Assembly: GCA_963711835.1 (NCBI GenBank)
Contig: CAVQFQ010000004.1
Coordinates: 320,001-384,000, forward strand
From: an uncultured delta proteobacterium
GTDB lineage: Bacteria > Desulfobacterota > RBG-13-43-22
Length of the DNA: 64,000 nucleotides
Direction of reading: 5' to 3'
Shown here: positions 19,389 through 28,854 of the stretch, piece after piece
Numbering within the stretch: position 1 is the first letter of the stretch
Layout: every line of letters starts with the position of its first letter
The notes under the pieces: model-generated
Seen by the model: the letters and a program-made list of their open reading frames with translations, nothing else
Told to the model about the DNA's origin: nothing
The model's database searches: none
Made by a program: the position numbers and the translations under genes

Positions 19389-20076
19389 CATTGATGTTTC
19401 CTATGGGGATGTGCAGGTCCTCTGGGATGTCTCATTCGAGGTCAAGGAAAAAGAAATTTTAGTCCTGGTCGGGGCCAACGGGGCCGGGAAATCCACCCTC
19501 CTAAAAACCATTTCGGGGTTACTGCGGCCTTCCCAAGGTACCATTGAATTTAGTGGGACCCGTTTGGATCAAGTCCCTGACAATAAGATCGTCGTATTAG
19601 GCATCGCCCATGTCCCTGAGGGCCGCCGCCTATTTCCTGAGATGACCGTGGAGGAAAACCTGATCATGGGCTCTCTGGCCCCTAAGGCCAAGGCTAAAAG
19701 AAAAGAGACCATGAAATGGGTCTATCAATTGTTCCCCCGGTTGGAAGAAAGAAGGAAGCAGTACGCCCGGACCCTGAGCGGTGGGGAACAACAGATGTGC
19801 GCCATTGGTAGAGGGCTAATGGCTCTCCCCCGACTACTCCTCTGTGATGAACCTTCCCTGGGCTTGTCGCCTATTCTGGTCCAGGATATTTTCAAAATTG
19901 TCAAACGGGTTAATGAGGAGGGGGTGACCGTTCTTCTGGTCGAACAGAATGTCAAACAGACCCTGTCCATTTGCAATCGAGCCTATGTCTTGGAAAACGG
20001 GCGAATTGTCCTGACCGGGACCGGCCAGGAACTGCTTAACAATCCGCATGTCAAAGAGGCCTATCTGGGGATTTAA
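19372..20076 (+). CDS. livF: ABC ATP-binding protein LivF-type
   Basis: GANGAGKST, VPEGRRLF, LSGGEQQM, LVEQN. Confidence 0.92.
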   Translation: MLRVNNIDVSYGDVQVLWDVSFEVKEKEILVLVGANGAGKSTLLKTISGLLRPSQGTIEFSGTRLDQVPDNKIVVLGIAHVPEGRRLFPEMTVEENLIMGSLAPKAKAKRKETMKWVYQLFPRLEERRKQYARTLSGGEQQMCAIGRGLMALPRLLLCDEPSLGLSPILVQDIFKIVKRVNEEGVTVLLVEQNVKQTLSICNRAYVLENGRIVLTGTGQELLNNPHVKEAYLGI

Positions 20077-20231
20077 AAATCCTAAATCCGAAATCCGAAG
20101 CACGAAATTCGAAACAAGTTGAACTGTAGAAAATTCGAAACAAGGCGGAAAAAGGTAAAAATGTTTTGAACATTTGTTATTTGAATTTCATATTAATTGT
20201 TTCGGATTTCGATATTCGAATTTCGAATTTT
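20077..20231. repeat. palindromic heptamer-repeat element
   Basis: AAATCCGAAATCCG...TTCGAAACAA / TTGTTTCGGATTTCGATATTCG; same family as 8409-8557. Confidence 0.85.
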
Positions 20232-20240
20232 ATTGATTAA

Positions 20241-21290
20241 ATGGAAGCCATGATCCTGGCAGCCGGTGAAGGTACCCGGCTCAGGCCCTTGACCCATAAA
20301 CGTCCCAAGCCCCTCATCCCCGTCCTAAATACCCCGCTGCTGGAAATTACCCTTTCTTATTTAAAGGATTTCTCGTTCAAGCGGATCCTGATAAACAGCC
20401 ACCACCTGGCCGATCAAATCACCGATTTTATAGCGGGCCAGAAAAAAAGATGGGGGTTGGAACTTGAGGTTCAGTTTGAACCTGAAATCCTGGGAACCGG
20501 TGGGGGGATTGCCCGGAGCCGGGATTTTTGGCATTCCCGGACCTTCCTGGTCATCAATGGCGATATCCTGATCGACATCAATCTGACCAAGGTCCTGGAA
20601 TTTCACCTGAGCCATGGCGGACCGGTTACCCTGGTTATCCATGACTACCCGGCCTTCAATCAGATTACGGTGGATGCCCGGGGCCGTATTGAAGGCTTTC
20701 GAAGCGAGCCGGGGAAAGGGTTGGCTTTTACCGGGATTCATATCTTGAACCAAGAGATCTTCCACTATCTACCCCTCTCTGGGACATTTGATATTATTCC
20801 CGTCTATCAACAAATGATCGAAGAAGGTCAACCCGTCTGGGCTTTTATCAGCCGGGGGCATTACTGGCGGGATTTGGGCACTCCCACCTCTTATCTTAAG
20901 GTCCATGAGGAGATACTGACGAATGCCTTGGCAGCCACCTCCGGCCCTTCCTTCCCCCCTCTGTGGAAGAGATTTCGGCGAGACTTGTCGGCGAGCTCAA
21001 GACGCGTCGCTCAGTTGAGCCGGGGGAGGGAGGGGGGGAAGATTAATAAAACGTCGTTGGCAAATGGCTGGAGGGTCCTGATCCATCCTGAGGCAGAGGT
21101 TGAAGAAGGGGTGAAATTTACCGGATGGGCGGTAATTGGAAAAGGCTGCCGGCTAAAAAAAGGCTGCCGGATTGCCGATTCCATATTGTGGGAGAAGGTG
21201 GTCCTGGAAGAAGGGGTTTCCGTTGCGAATTCCATCGTGGGAGAAGGGGTTCGGGTGGATCACGATCTGATGAACAAGGTACTGGTCTAA
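20241..21290 (+). CDS. sugar-phosphate nucleotidyltransferase (MurU/mannose-1-phosphate guanylyltransferase-like)
   Basis: AMILAAGEGTRLRPLT..PKPL, LGTGGG, WRDLGT, C-terminal hexapeptide region. Confidence 0.88.
   Translation: MEAMILAAGEGTRLRPLTHKRPKPLIPVLNTPLLEITLSYLKDFSFKRILINSHHLADQITDFIAGQKKRWGLELEVQFEPEILGTGGGIARSRDFWHSRTFLVINGDILIDINLTKVLEFHLSHGGPVTLVIHDYPAFNQITVDARGRIEGFRSEPGKGLAFTGIHILNQEIFHYLPLSGTFDIIPVYQQMIEEGQPVWAFISRGHYWRDLGTPTSYLKVHEEILTNALAATSGPSFPPLWKRFRRDLSASSRRVAQLSRGREGGKINKTSLANGWRVLIHPEAEVEEGVKFTGWAVIGKGCRLKKGCRIADSILWEKVVLEEGVSVANSIVGEGVRVDHDLMNKVLV
20951..21041. repeat. nested REP-like palindrome in frame inside the nucleotidyltransferase gene
   Basis: CTTCCCCCCTC...GAGGGGGGGAAG outer arms; inner TCGGCGAG duplication and GCTCAA/TTGAGC stem. 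Confidence 0.65.
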
Positions 21291-22295
21291 ATGCGCTTGC
21301 TTTATTCATTTTTGCAGAGAAACCTCCCCGAGGCCGCCGGCTTTACGGGACGATTTCGGATACGGGCACTGAAAGGAGATGGTTCGGATCGAAAAGTATT
21401 TCGGGTCTTCACCGGCAAAAAGACCCATATTGCTGTGGCCCATCCCCAAGGCCGCCAAGGCCGGCCGTCGGAAAACGCTTCTTTTTTTTATATCGGGACC
21501 CACTTGCGCTCCAAAGGCCTGCCCGCCCCGGCCATCCTGGCCTTTGACCGCCGCCGGGGGTTTTTTTTACTGGAAGACTTTGGAGACCTCTCCCTTGAAA
21601 CCCGGGTAAAAGGATTGAAAGATCCGGAACAGGTCAAAGGTCTTTATCAGCAACTGATCACCCTCCTGATCAGGATCCAAAGGGAAGGGGCTGAAGGTTT
21701 TGACAGCCGCCGCTGTTACGATACCCCCTTATACAACAGCCGGTTTTCCTGGGAGCGGGAGTCGCGCTATTTTCTCGAGGCCTTTCTCAAAGACCATCGC
21801 CAATGGAAAAAACCCCTCCCGGGATTGGCAGAGGAACTCAGCCGCCTGGCCGCCCTGGTGGATGAGGAGAGATCCCGGGTTTTTCTCTACCGGGACTTTC
21901 AATCCCGCAATATCATGATGGCCGGGAACGGCTTCGGTCTGATTGACTTCCAGGCCGGTCGTCTGGGGCCGCCCCAGTACGACCTGGCCTCCTTGTTGAT
22001 CGATCCCTATGTAGATCTTTCCGAAGAACTTCAGGAAGAATTGTTGGATTTTTATATCAGCTCTTGGTCTCAAAAGATTTCCCTTGATCCTCCGGCATTT
22101 CGCCGCCATTATGAGATCATGGCCTTCCAGAGAAACCTGCAGATACTGGGGGCCTTTGCCGTCCTGAGCCGGGTCAAGGGCAAGGTTTATTTTGAAGCCT
22201 CGATACCGCCGGCCTTAAGCGGTCTTAAAAAGCGGGTCCAAGGAGACCTTTTTAAACCCTTCGTTGCCTTAAAACGTCTGCTGGAAGAATTATAA
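21291..22295 (+). CDS. aminoglycoside phosphotransferase family kinase (AmgK-like)
   Basis: GDGSDR, LLEDFGD, YRDFQSRN, IDFQ, YDLASLL; adjacent to the nucleotidyltransferase. Confidence 0.85.
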   Translation: MRLLYSFLQRNLPEAAGFTGRFRIRALKGDGSDRKVFRVFTGKKTHIAVAHPQGRQGRPSENASFFYIGTHLRSKGLPAPAILAFDRRRGFFLLEDFGDLSLETRVKGLKDPEQVKGLYQQLITLLIRIQREGAEGFDSRRCYDTPLYNSRFSWERESRYFLEAFLKDHRQWKKPLPGLAEELSRLAALVDEERSRVFLYRDFQSRNIMMAGNGFGLIDFQAGRLGPPQYDLASLLIDPYVDLSEELQEELLDFYISSWSQKISLDPPAFRRHYEIMAFQRNLQILGAFAVLSRVKGKVYFEASIPPALSGLKKRVQGDLFKPFVALKRLLEEL

Positions 22296-22312
22296 AAGGA
22301 AAAGGAGCCCCC

Positions 22313-23635
22313 TTGGGATATCTGGTAGCCATAGTCGGTGCCCCGAATGTGGGAAAGTCCACCCTCTTTAATCGCCTGATTCGAAGGAAAAAGGCCATTG
22401 TGGACGATCAGCCGGGGGTGACCAGGGATCGCAACTTTCAAGACGTAACCTGGGAAGGCAGACCCATCACCCTGGTCGATACCGGCGGCTTTGAATGGGA
22501 TGCCCACGGGCCGGTGGAAGAGGGGATGCGGGAGCAGATCGAACTGGCCCTGGAAGAGGCCGACCTGATCCTCTTTGTCGGGGATGGCCGAAGAGGACTC
22601 ACCCCCACCGATGAACAGGTAGTCCAGCGCCTTCGCCGGACCTCCAAGCCGGTACTCTATACGGTCAATAAAATCGATAGCCTCAAATTAGAGGAAGGGC
22701 TATCCGATTATTATCGTCTCGGGCTGGAGACCATCCTGCCCATTTCGGCTCTCCATGGAGCAGGGATAGAGGACCTGAAGGAGTCCATTGTCGAGAGACT
22801 GCCTCTTCCGGAAGCAGAACCGCAAGGAAAAGAGTCTCTACATTTGGCCGTCATCGGGCGGCCCAATGTAGGCAAGTCCTCCCTGGTCAATGCCATCTTA
22901 GGCTATGATCGGGTCTTGGTCAGTGCGATCCCGGGAACCACCCGGGATGCCATCGACACCCCCTTTGAATACCAGGGACAGGAGTATGTCCTGATTGACA
23001 CGGCCGGGATTCGGAGAAAATCCCGGATCGGCCAGCGCCTGGAGAAATTTGCCGTGGTGGAAGCCTTAAAAGGGCTGGACCGATGCGATCTGGCCGTCAT
23101 CCTGCTCGATGCCGCTCAGGGGGTAACGGATCAGGATGCCCACATTGCCGGCTTTGCCTATGAGAAGGGAAAGGGATGTATTATCGGTCTGAACAAGTGG
23201 GATCTGGTAGCCAAGACCATTAAGAATAAAAATAAATTTCTGGAAGAGGTCCGCTACCAGCTCAAGTATCTTTCTTTTGCTCCCATTATCCCTCTTTCGG
23301 CCACCACCGGCCTGGGCCGGGGAAACCTCATGAGGACTATCCGGGAGGTCTACCGCCAATACACCCAGAGGGTCGGGACCGGGCCTTTAAATCAGGCCCT
23401 GAAGACCATTCTGGCCGGACATTCTTTGCCCCTGGCGGGCGGGCAGCGGGTCAAGATCTATTATGGGACCCAGGTAGGGGTGAAACCGCCGACCTTTCTG
23501 TTTTTTGCCAATTATCCGGAAAAGATTCATTTTTCCTATCAACGGTATATGACTAATCAATTGCGGGAACATTTCGGCTTTGACCAGAGTCCGATCCGGA
23601 TTGTTTTTCGAAAACGGGAAAAAACGAACGGGTGA
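22313..23635 (+). CDS. der: ribosome biogenesis GTPase Der (EngA)
   Basis: Two G domains (PNVGKST/PGVTRD, PNVGKSS/PGTTRD), PPTF; TTG start after AAGGAG. Confidence 0.98.
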   Translation: MGYLVAIVGAPNVGKSTLFNRLIRRKKAIVDDQPGVTRDRNFQDVTWEGRPITLVDTGGFEWDAHGPVEEGMREQIELALEEADLILFVGDGRRGLTPTDEQVVQRLRRTSKPVLYTVNKIDSLKLEEGLSDYYRLGLETILPISALHGAGIEDLKESIVERLPLPEAEPQGKESLHLAVIGRPNVGKSSLVNAILGYDRVLVSAIPGTTRDAIDTPFEYQGQEYVLIDTAGIRRKSRIGQRLEKFAVVEALKGLDRCDLAVILLDAAQGVTDQDAHIAGFAYEKGKGCIIGLNKWDLVAKTIKNKNKFLEEVRYQLKYLSFAPIIPLSATTGLGRGNLMRTIREVYRQYTQRVGTGPLNQALKTILAGHSLPLAGGQRVKIYYGTQVGVKPPTFLFFANYPEKIHFSYQRYMTNQLREHFGFDQSPIRIVFRKREKTNG

Positions 23636-23639
23636 ACTT

Positions 23640-23920
23640 TTTTAGCCACAGACACACACGGACAAAGGCGGACTATTTTTTAGCCGGGCGACCAAGGTTC
23701 AGAACTGTCACCGGGGCAGGCTTGCCCGGCTAAAACCGCCAAGGCTGGCGAGAACAGATTTTTCCGCCATTAATTATCGGATTATTTGAATTAATGTTAA
23801 TAAAAAGGCCTTAAAAAAACTTTTTTACCACAGACAAAGACAGGATCCCGCTTATAGCGGGACGGGGACCTGCCGCCGCCCTAATCGTCCGCCTTTGTCC
23901 GTATGGTTCTGTGGCTAAAA
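23640..23920. mobile_element. MITE/REPIN-like palindromic element
   Basis: TTTTAGCCACAGA..ACGGACAAAGGCGGAC / GTCCGCCTTTGTCCGT..TCTGTGGCTAAAA terminal inverted repeats; nested hairpins; related copy at 25131-25319. Confidence 0.75.
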
Positions 23921-23995
23921 CGCCTTTAAAATTTTTTCCGAATTTTTCGGGTTGGGATATAGAAGCTGGAAAAATACAAGGGAGAGGAGCCTAAC

Positions 23996-25126
23996 TTGAG
24001 AGCAAGAATGAGGGCGATTATCTGGGGAGTGGCATTATTATTTTGTCTTCCGGCAATGGCCTGGGCTCAGGATGCCATTCGGATAGGGGTTTACCTGCCG
24101 ATGACCGGCGGAGTGGCCTCCTTCGGGCAGATGGAATGGGCCGGGATTCAGACGGCCCATTCCCTGAAGCCGACCCTGATGGGGAGAAAGGTGGAGCTGT
24201 TTCTGGTGGATACCAAAAGCGACAAGATCGAGGCCGCCAATGCCGTCAGCCGATTGATTGAAAAGAACAAGGTCCAGGCCATCATCGGTGAGGCCATCAG
24301 CGGCAATACCCTGGCCGGAGGACCGATTGCCGAAAAAGCCAAAATTCCCATGGTTTCCCCAACGGCCACGAACCCCCTGGTTACCCAGGGGAAAAAATAC
24401 GTCTTCCGGGTCTGCTTCGTTGATACCTTCCAGGGAGAGGCCGCAGCCAAGTTTGCCTTCCATAATTTCAAGGCCCGCCGGGCGGCTGTTTTAACCGACA
24501 AGTCTCAGGATTACTGTGTCGGCCTGGCCGAATATTTTAAGAAGGCCTTTATCAGAATGGGGGGCAAAATCGTAGCCGAGACCTTTTGTCAAAGCGGGGA
24601 TCAGGATTTTTCAGCCCAGCTTTCCGTGATCATGGCCGCCAAGCCCGATGTCCTCTTTGTGCCGAATTACTATACCGAAGATGCTTTAATGGCCCGCCAG
24701 GCCAAAGAACTGGGACTTAAGGTGCCCATCTTTGCCTCCGACGGGGCCCAGACCCCGGAACTGATCCAGATCGGCGGCGAGGCGGTGGAAGGCATCCACT
24801 TTATCGGGCACTTCCACAGCAAAGGGGCAACCACGCCCCTGTCTCGGGAATTCCTGAAGGCCTTTCAGAAAAAATATCCCAAAGAAAAAGAGGTCAATGC
24901 CTTTCACGCCCTGGGGGCCGATGCCTATTTTGTCCTGGTTGACGCCATGGAGCGGGCCAAGTCCCCTGAAGGCCAAAAAGTACGCCAGGCCCTGGCCGGC
25001 ACCAAACAATTCAAGGCCGTTTCCGGGACGATGGATATCGGGGAAGACGGCAATGCCGTCAAGAGCGCCGTGATCCTGATCGTAAACAAAGGGGAATTCG
25101 GTTATTTGACCACCATCAATCCATAG
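23996..25126 (+). CDS. orphan branched-chain amino acid ABC substrate-binding protein (LivK-like)
   Basis: Signal peptide, IRIGVYLPMTG, PTATNP, FRVCFVD..QG. Confidence 0.9.
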   Translation: MRARMRAIIWGVALLFCLPAMAWAQDAIRIGVYLPMTGGVASFGQMEWAGIQTAHSLKPTLMGRKVELFLVDTKSDKIEAANAVSRLIEKNKVQAIIGEAISGNTLAGGPIAEKAKIPMVSPTATNPLVTQGKKYVFRVCFVDTFQGEAAAKFAFHNFKARRAAVLTDKSQDYCVGLAEYFKKAFIRMGGKIVAETFCQSGDQDFSAQLSVIMAAKPDVLFVPNYYTEDALMARQAKELGLKVPIFASDGAQTPELIQIGGEAVEGIHFIGHFHSKGATTPLSREFLKAFQKKYPKEKEVNAFHALGADAYFVLVDAMERAKSPEGQKVRQALAGTKQFKAVSGTMDIGEDGNAVKSAVILIVNKGEFGYLTTINP

Positions 25127-25130
25127 GCTT

Positions 25131-25319
25131 TTTTAGCCACCGACCCACACGGACCCCGCCTCGGTTTCCTCCGCGGGGCAGGCAGTCATCGCTGGCGTGA
25201 GAAAGATACTCACTATTTTCATAGCTCTTGGCAAGGCACTGTTTTTAACGCCCGAAGGGCCTGCCGGGAGCATGGCGGCAGGTCGCCGCCATGCGGTCTG
25301 TGTGTGTCGGTGGCAAAAA
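25131..25319. mobile_element. MITE/REPIN-like palindromic element (second copy)
   Basis: TTTTAGCCACCGACCCACACGGACC / GGTCTGTGTGTGTCGGTGGCAAAAA; internal GCATGGCGGC/GCCGCCATGC hairpin. Confidence 0.7.
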
Positions 25320-25347
25320 TCTTTTCCGAATTTTTAGGGTTAGGAAA

Positions 25348-27600
25348 ATGGAAGAAGAAAAAAACAAGGAATTGGAACAGGCCAGCCTGTCCGTAGGCGG
25401 CATGAGCTGTGCCGCCTGCGTGGTCCGGGTGGAAAAGGCCCTGGGAGGGCTGGAGGGGGTAGAGAAGGCCGCGGTGAACTTTGCCACCGAAAAGGCCCAG
25501 ATAACCTATGACCCGAAGCGGGTCGACTTGGAAAAATTCAGGCAGGCCATCGAGGAGGCCGGCTACCAGTTTCGGGGAGTGGCCCGGGCCGAGCTTCGGG
25601 ACCAGGAGCGGGAAGAGCGCCAAAAAGAATTAAGCCTGCTCAGAAAAAAATTGGTCTTCAGCATTATCCTGGGCGCGGTGATTATGGTCCTCTCCATGCC
25701 CCACTTCATCCCCTATTTAAAGGACGTTCCCCATCAGATTCTTTTTTACCTCCTGTTTGTTTTGACCACGCCGGTCCAGTTCTGGGCCGGCAGACAATTT
25801 CTAACCGGGGCCTGGGGGGCGGCCCGTCACGGCAGCGCGGATATGAATACCCTGATCGCCGTGGGCACTCTGTCGGCCTATCTCTACTCTACCATAGCAA
25901 CCTTTGCCCCGGCCTTCTTCCATCAAAGCGGCCTCACCCCGACAGTTTATTTCGACAGCGCGGCCATGATCATTGCCTTGATCCTCTTGGGCCGTTTGCT
26001 GGAAGCCCGGGCCAAAGGGCAGACTTCGGAGGCCATTCGAAAATTAATGGGCCTGGCGCCCAAAACAGCCCGGGTGGTCCGGGAGGGCCAGGAAAAGGAT
26101 GTTCCCATAGAAGCGGTTCAGAAAGGCGATCTGATCCGGGTCAGGCCCGGGGAAAAGATCCCCGTGGACGGCCGGATCCGGGAAGGCCATTCGGCCGTCG
26201 ATGAATCCATGCTGACCGGAGAGAGCCTGCCGGTGGACAAGAACCCCGGCGATGAAGTCATCGGGGCCACCTTGAATAAGAGTGGCAGCTTCCTCTTTGA
26301 AGCCACCCGGGTGGGGGAAGAAACGGCCCTGGCCCAGATTATCCGCCTGGTGGAGCAGGCCCAGGGCAGCAAAGCCCCTATCCAGCGCCTGGCCGATAAG
26401 GTGGCCGGCATCTTTGTGCCGGTGGTCATGGGGATCGCCGTGCTGACCTTCCTGGTCTGGTATTTCTGGGGACCTTCCCCGGCTTTTACCTTCAGCCTCT
26501 TGAATTTTGTGGCCGTCATGATCATTGCCTGTCCCTGCGCGCTGGGTCTGGCTACCCCGACGGCCATTATGGTTGGAACCGGCAAAGGGGCCGAGAACGG
26601 CATTCTGATCAAGGGCGGCGAGAGCCTGGAATCGGTTCATCGGTTAACGACCATCGTCTTTGATAAAACCGGCACCCTGACCCGGGGCCAGTTAACGGTA
26701 ACCGACATCGTTCCCGGAAAAAGCGTTTCACCGGAGGAGCTCTTGTCTCTGGCCGCCGGGGTGGAAAGATACTCCGAACATCCCTTGGGGGAAGCCATTG
26801 TGCGCCAGGCTAAAGAAAAGAATCTGGACCTCAAGGGCGTGGAAAATTTTCAGGCCATCGCGGGCCAGGGCGTCAGGGCTGACCTGGAAGGAAAAACCCT
26901 TTGGATCGGCAATCGGCGACTGATGGAAAATCAGGGATTTGATCTTAGCCCTTTTCTGGAATCGGCTGAAGGTTTGGCCGCCCAAGGCAAGACCTTGATG
27001 TTTGCGGCCCGGGAAGGGACGGTCATCGGCCTGCTGGCCCTGGCCGATACCCTGAAGGATTATTCCAAAGAAGCCGTGGCCGACCTGAAACAAATGGGGC
27101 TGGAAGTGATCATGCTGACCGGGGACAACCGGCAGACCGCCCAGGCCATCGGCAGTCAATTGCAGGTTGACCGGGTCATCGCCGAAGTGCTGCCCCAGGA
27201 CAAGACCGAGCAGATCAAAAAACTTCAAGGGGAAGGCAAAAAAGTGGCCATGGTCGGGGACGGCATCAACGATGCGCCGGCCCTGGCCCAGGCCGATGTG
27301 GGGATCGCCATCGGCTCCGGCACCGATGTGGCCATGGAAGCCTCGGACATTACCCTGATCCGGGACGACCTGCGGGTGATTGTAACGGCCATCAAGCTGT
27401 CCAAAAGGACCATTCGAACCATCCGCCAGAATCTTTTCTGGGCCTTTTTTTACAATATCCTGGGCATTCCGATCGCCGCCGGAGTGCTCTATCCCTTCTG
27501 GGGGATCCTGCTCAATCCCATCCTGGCCTCGGCGGCCATGGCCTTCAGCTCCGTGTCCGTGGTCAGCAATTCCCTACGCCTTCGGCGGTTTAAGGCTTGA
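25348..27600 (+). CDS. copA: Cu(+)-translocating P1B-type ATPase
   Basis: GMSCAAC HMA domain, TGES, CPC, DKTGT, SEHP, GDGIND, YN and MAFSS; start set to MEEEK because the upstream extension is repeat. Confidence 0.93.
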   Translation: MEEEKNKELEQASLSVGGMSCAACVVRVEKALGGLEGVEKAAVNFATEKAQITYDPKRVDLEKFRQAIEEAGYQFRGVARAELRDQEREERQKELSLLRKKLVFSIILGAVIMVLSMPHFIPYLKDVPHQILFYLLFVLTTPVQFWAGRQFLTGAWGAARHGSADMNTLIAVGTLSAYLYSTIATFAPAFFHQSGLTPTVYFDSAAMIIALILLGRLLEARAKGQTSEAIRKLMGLAPKTARVVREGQEKDVPIEAVQKGDLIRVRPGEKIPVDGRIREGHSAVDESMLTGESLPVDKNPGDEVIGATLNKSGSFLFEATRVGEETALAQIIRLVEQAQGSKAPIQRLADKVAGIFVPVVMGIAVLTFLVWYFWGPSPAFTFSLLNFVAVMIIACPCALGLATPTAIMVGTGKGAENGILIKGGESLESVHRLTTIVFDKTGTLTRGQLTVTDIVPGKSVSPEELLSLAAGVERYSEHPLGEAIVRQAKEKNLDLKGVENFQAIAGQGVRADLEGKTLWIGNRRLMENQGFDLSPFLESAEGLAAQGKTLMFAAREGTVIGLLALADTLKDYSKEAVADLKQMGLEVIMLTGDNRQTAQAIGSQLQVDRVIAEVLPQDKTEQIKKLQGEGKKVAMVGDGINDAPALAQADVGIAIGSGTDVAMEASDITLIRDDLRVIVTAIKLSKRTIRTIRQNLFWAFFYNILGIPIAAGVLYPFWGILLNPILASAAMAFSSVSVVSNSLRLRRFKA

Positions 27601-27632
27601 TTTGCAGTCAGTTAATTCGAACTTTTAGGCCA

Positions 27633-27707
27633 ATGACCAGCGATCCTGAATTTAAGGCTGTAGAAAAATTGGTTCCCGTGCAATGGATAACCGGCCGGAA
27701 AAAATAA
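27633..27707 (+). pseudogene. C-terminal remnant of a VapC/PIN-like toxin
   Basis: Hand translation TSDPEFKAVEKLVPVQWI resembles the VapC C-terminal TGDPEF..VE...I.W pattern. Confidence 0.45.
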
Positions 27708-27766
27708 TCAGAGTTTTTGCCACCCTTGTCGATTATGACAAATTCGTGTCGAAGAGGTCAAACCCC

Positions 27767-27829
27767 ACCTAACGAGCGCGTCCAGCCAATCGCCGAAAAA
27801 ACCGGCTCTGGCTGACGCCCGTGTTGCGC
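27767..27829 (+). repeat. integron attC site
   Basis: ACCTAAC ... GTTGCGC cores, 63 bp; imperfect palindrome GCGTCCAGCCA..GCCG/CGGC..TGGCTGACGC with unpaired bases. Confidence 0.8.
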
Positions 27830-27855
27830 GTTGAATAGCCAACCAATAATAACGC

Positions 27856-27884
27856 TTGACAATAATAACGTCTCCCGTTAACAT
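27856..27884 (+). promoter_or_regulatory. sigma70 promoter and operator of higBA
   Basis: TTGACA-17 bp-TAACAT; overlapping palindrome TAACG-N5-CGTTA; ATG 6 nt downstream of the -10. Confidence 0.75.
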
Positions 27885-27890
27885 CTATTC

Positions 27891-28172
27891 ATGCTAAAGA
27901 GCTTTCGTTGCAAAGAAACTGAGAAGGTCTTTCTACGGCAACGGTCAACTCGATTCCCTACTAATGTTTACCGCATCGCTCTACGGAAGCTACTCTTGCT
28001 TGATGCCGCGGAGAAATTGGAAGACTTACGTATTCCACCAGGGAATCGCTTGGAGAAACTTACAGGCAATCGCCAAGGGCAACATAGCATTCGCATCAAT
28101 GACCAGTGGCGTATCTGTTTTCGCTGGTCAGAGGGGGATGCCTATGAAGTTGAAATCGTAGATTACCATTAG
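27891..28172 (+). CDS. higB: HigB (RelE/ParE family) toxin
   Basis: MLKSFRCKETE, PPGNRLEKL, HSIRINDQWRICF, EIVDYH. Confidence 0.93.
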   Translation: MLKSFRCKETEKVFLRQRSTRFPTNVYRIALRKLLLLDAAEKLEDLRIPPGNRLEKLTGNRQGQHSIRINDQWRICFRWSEGDAYEVEIVDYH

Positions 28173-28184
28173 GAGGTCATCACT

Positions 28185-28493
28185 ATGAAGACAAAAATAC
28201 TCGCGCCTATCCACCCAGGTGAAATTCTTATGGAAGAATTTTTGAAACCGCTGGGGATCAGTCAGTATAAATTGGCTAAAAACATCAATGTCCCAGCCCG
28301 TCGTATAAACGAGATCGTTCATGGCAAACGTTCCATTAGTGCCGATACGGCTTTGAGGCTATCTCGTTATTTTAACCTTTCAGAACGGTTTTGGTTGAAC
28401 CTCCAGGCACGATACGATCTAGAGATGGAAAAGGACAAATTTAAGGGGCGCATCGAATCTGAGGTAAAAGTACTTGAACTGCAAAGCGCCTAA
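28185..28493 (+). CDS. higA: HigA antitoxin
   Basis: PIHPGEIL.EEFL, RINEIVHGKRSISADTALRL, FWLNLQ. Confidence 0.93.
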   Translation: MKTKILAPIHPGEILMEEFLKPLGISQYKLAKNINVPARRINEIVHGKRSISADTALRLSRYFNLSERFWLNLQARYDLEMEKDKFKGRIESEVKVLELQSA

Positions 28494-28552
28494 CGAGTCG
28501 CTCAAGAGGAATGCGGCAAAAAGCCGCCGCTCCCCTTAGCCTTGTCTTATAT
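28488..28552 (+). repeat. integron attC site (right core degenerate)
   Basis: GCCTAAC overlapping the higA stop; GCTCAAGAGGA..GCGGC-AAAAA-GCCGC..TCCCCTTAGC stem; right core reads CTTATAT rather than GTTRRRY. Confidence 0.75.
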
Positions 28553-28570
28553 GACGAGGAGGTTGTCCAA

Positions 28571-28717
28571 ATGGACACATTTATAAGCTATTCATCTGAC
28601 ATCAAGAAAACGGCTGGAAAAGTAAAGGCTTTCCTGGCTACCTACGGATTCAATTGTTTCTTAGCTCACGAGGATATCCCACCCCAGACTGTCTGGCCAG
28701 CTGAAATCCTGGGGTGA
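28571..28717 (+). pseudogene. TIR-domain protein, N-terminal fragment truncated by the repeat
   Basis: MDTFISYSS...GFNCFLAHEDIPPQTVWPAEI is a TIR_2-like start; GAGGAGG RBS; frame enters the repeat at 28706 and stops. Confidence 0.75.
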
Positions 28718-28825
28718 CCGATGGGCGGGTCTGTCGAGGTCCCGCAAACAAAATCATGGAATAGACACAAAGGCGTTACTATAAATAGCGGGCTATATCC
28801 CATGCACGTTCTGCACGAACGTCCC
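28706..28825 (+). repeat. GGGACGTTCGTGCAG element, right arm (copy D)
   Basis: Ends CTGCACGAACGTCCC, exact reverse complement of the 15-nt left end; colinear with 4990-5108. Confidence 0.9.
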
Positions 28826-28854
28826 TTTTTTCATGGAAATGGAGGTATTGAAAA

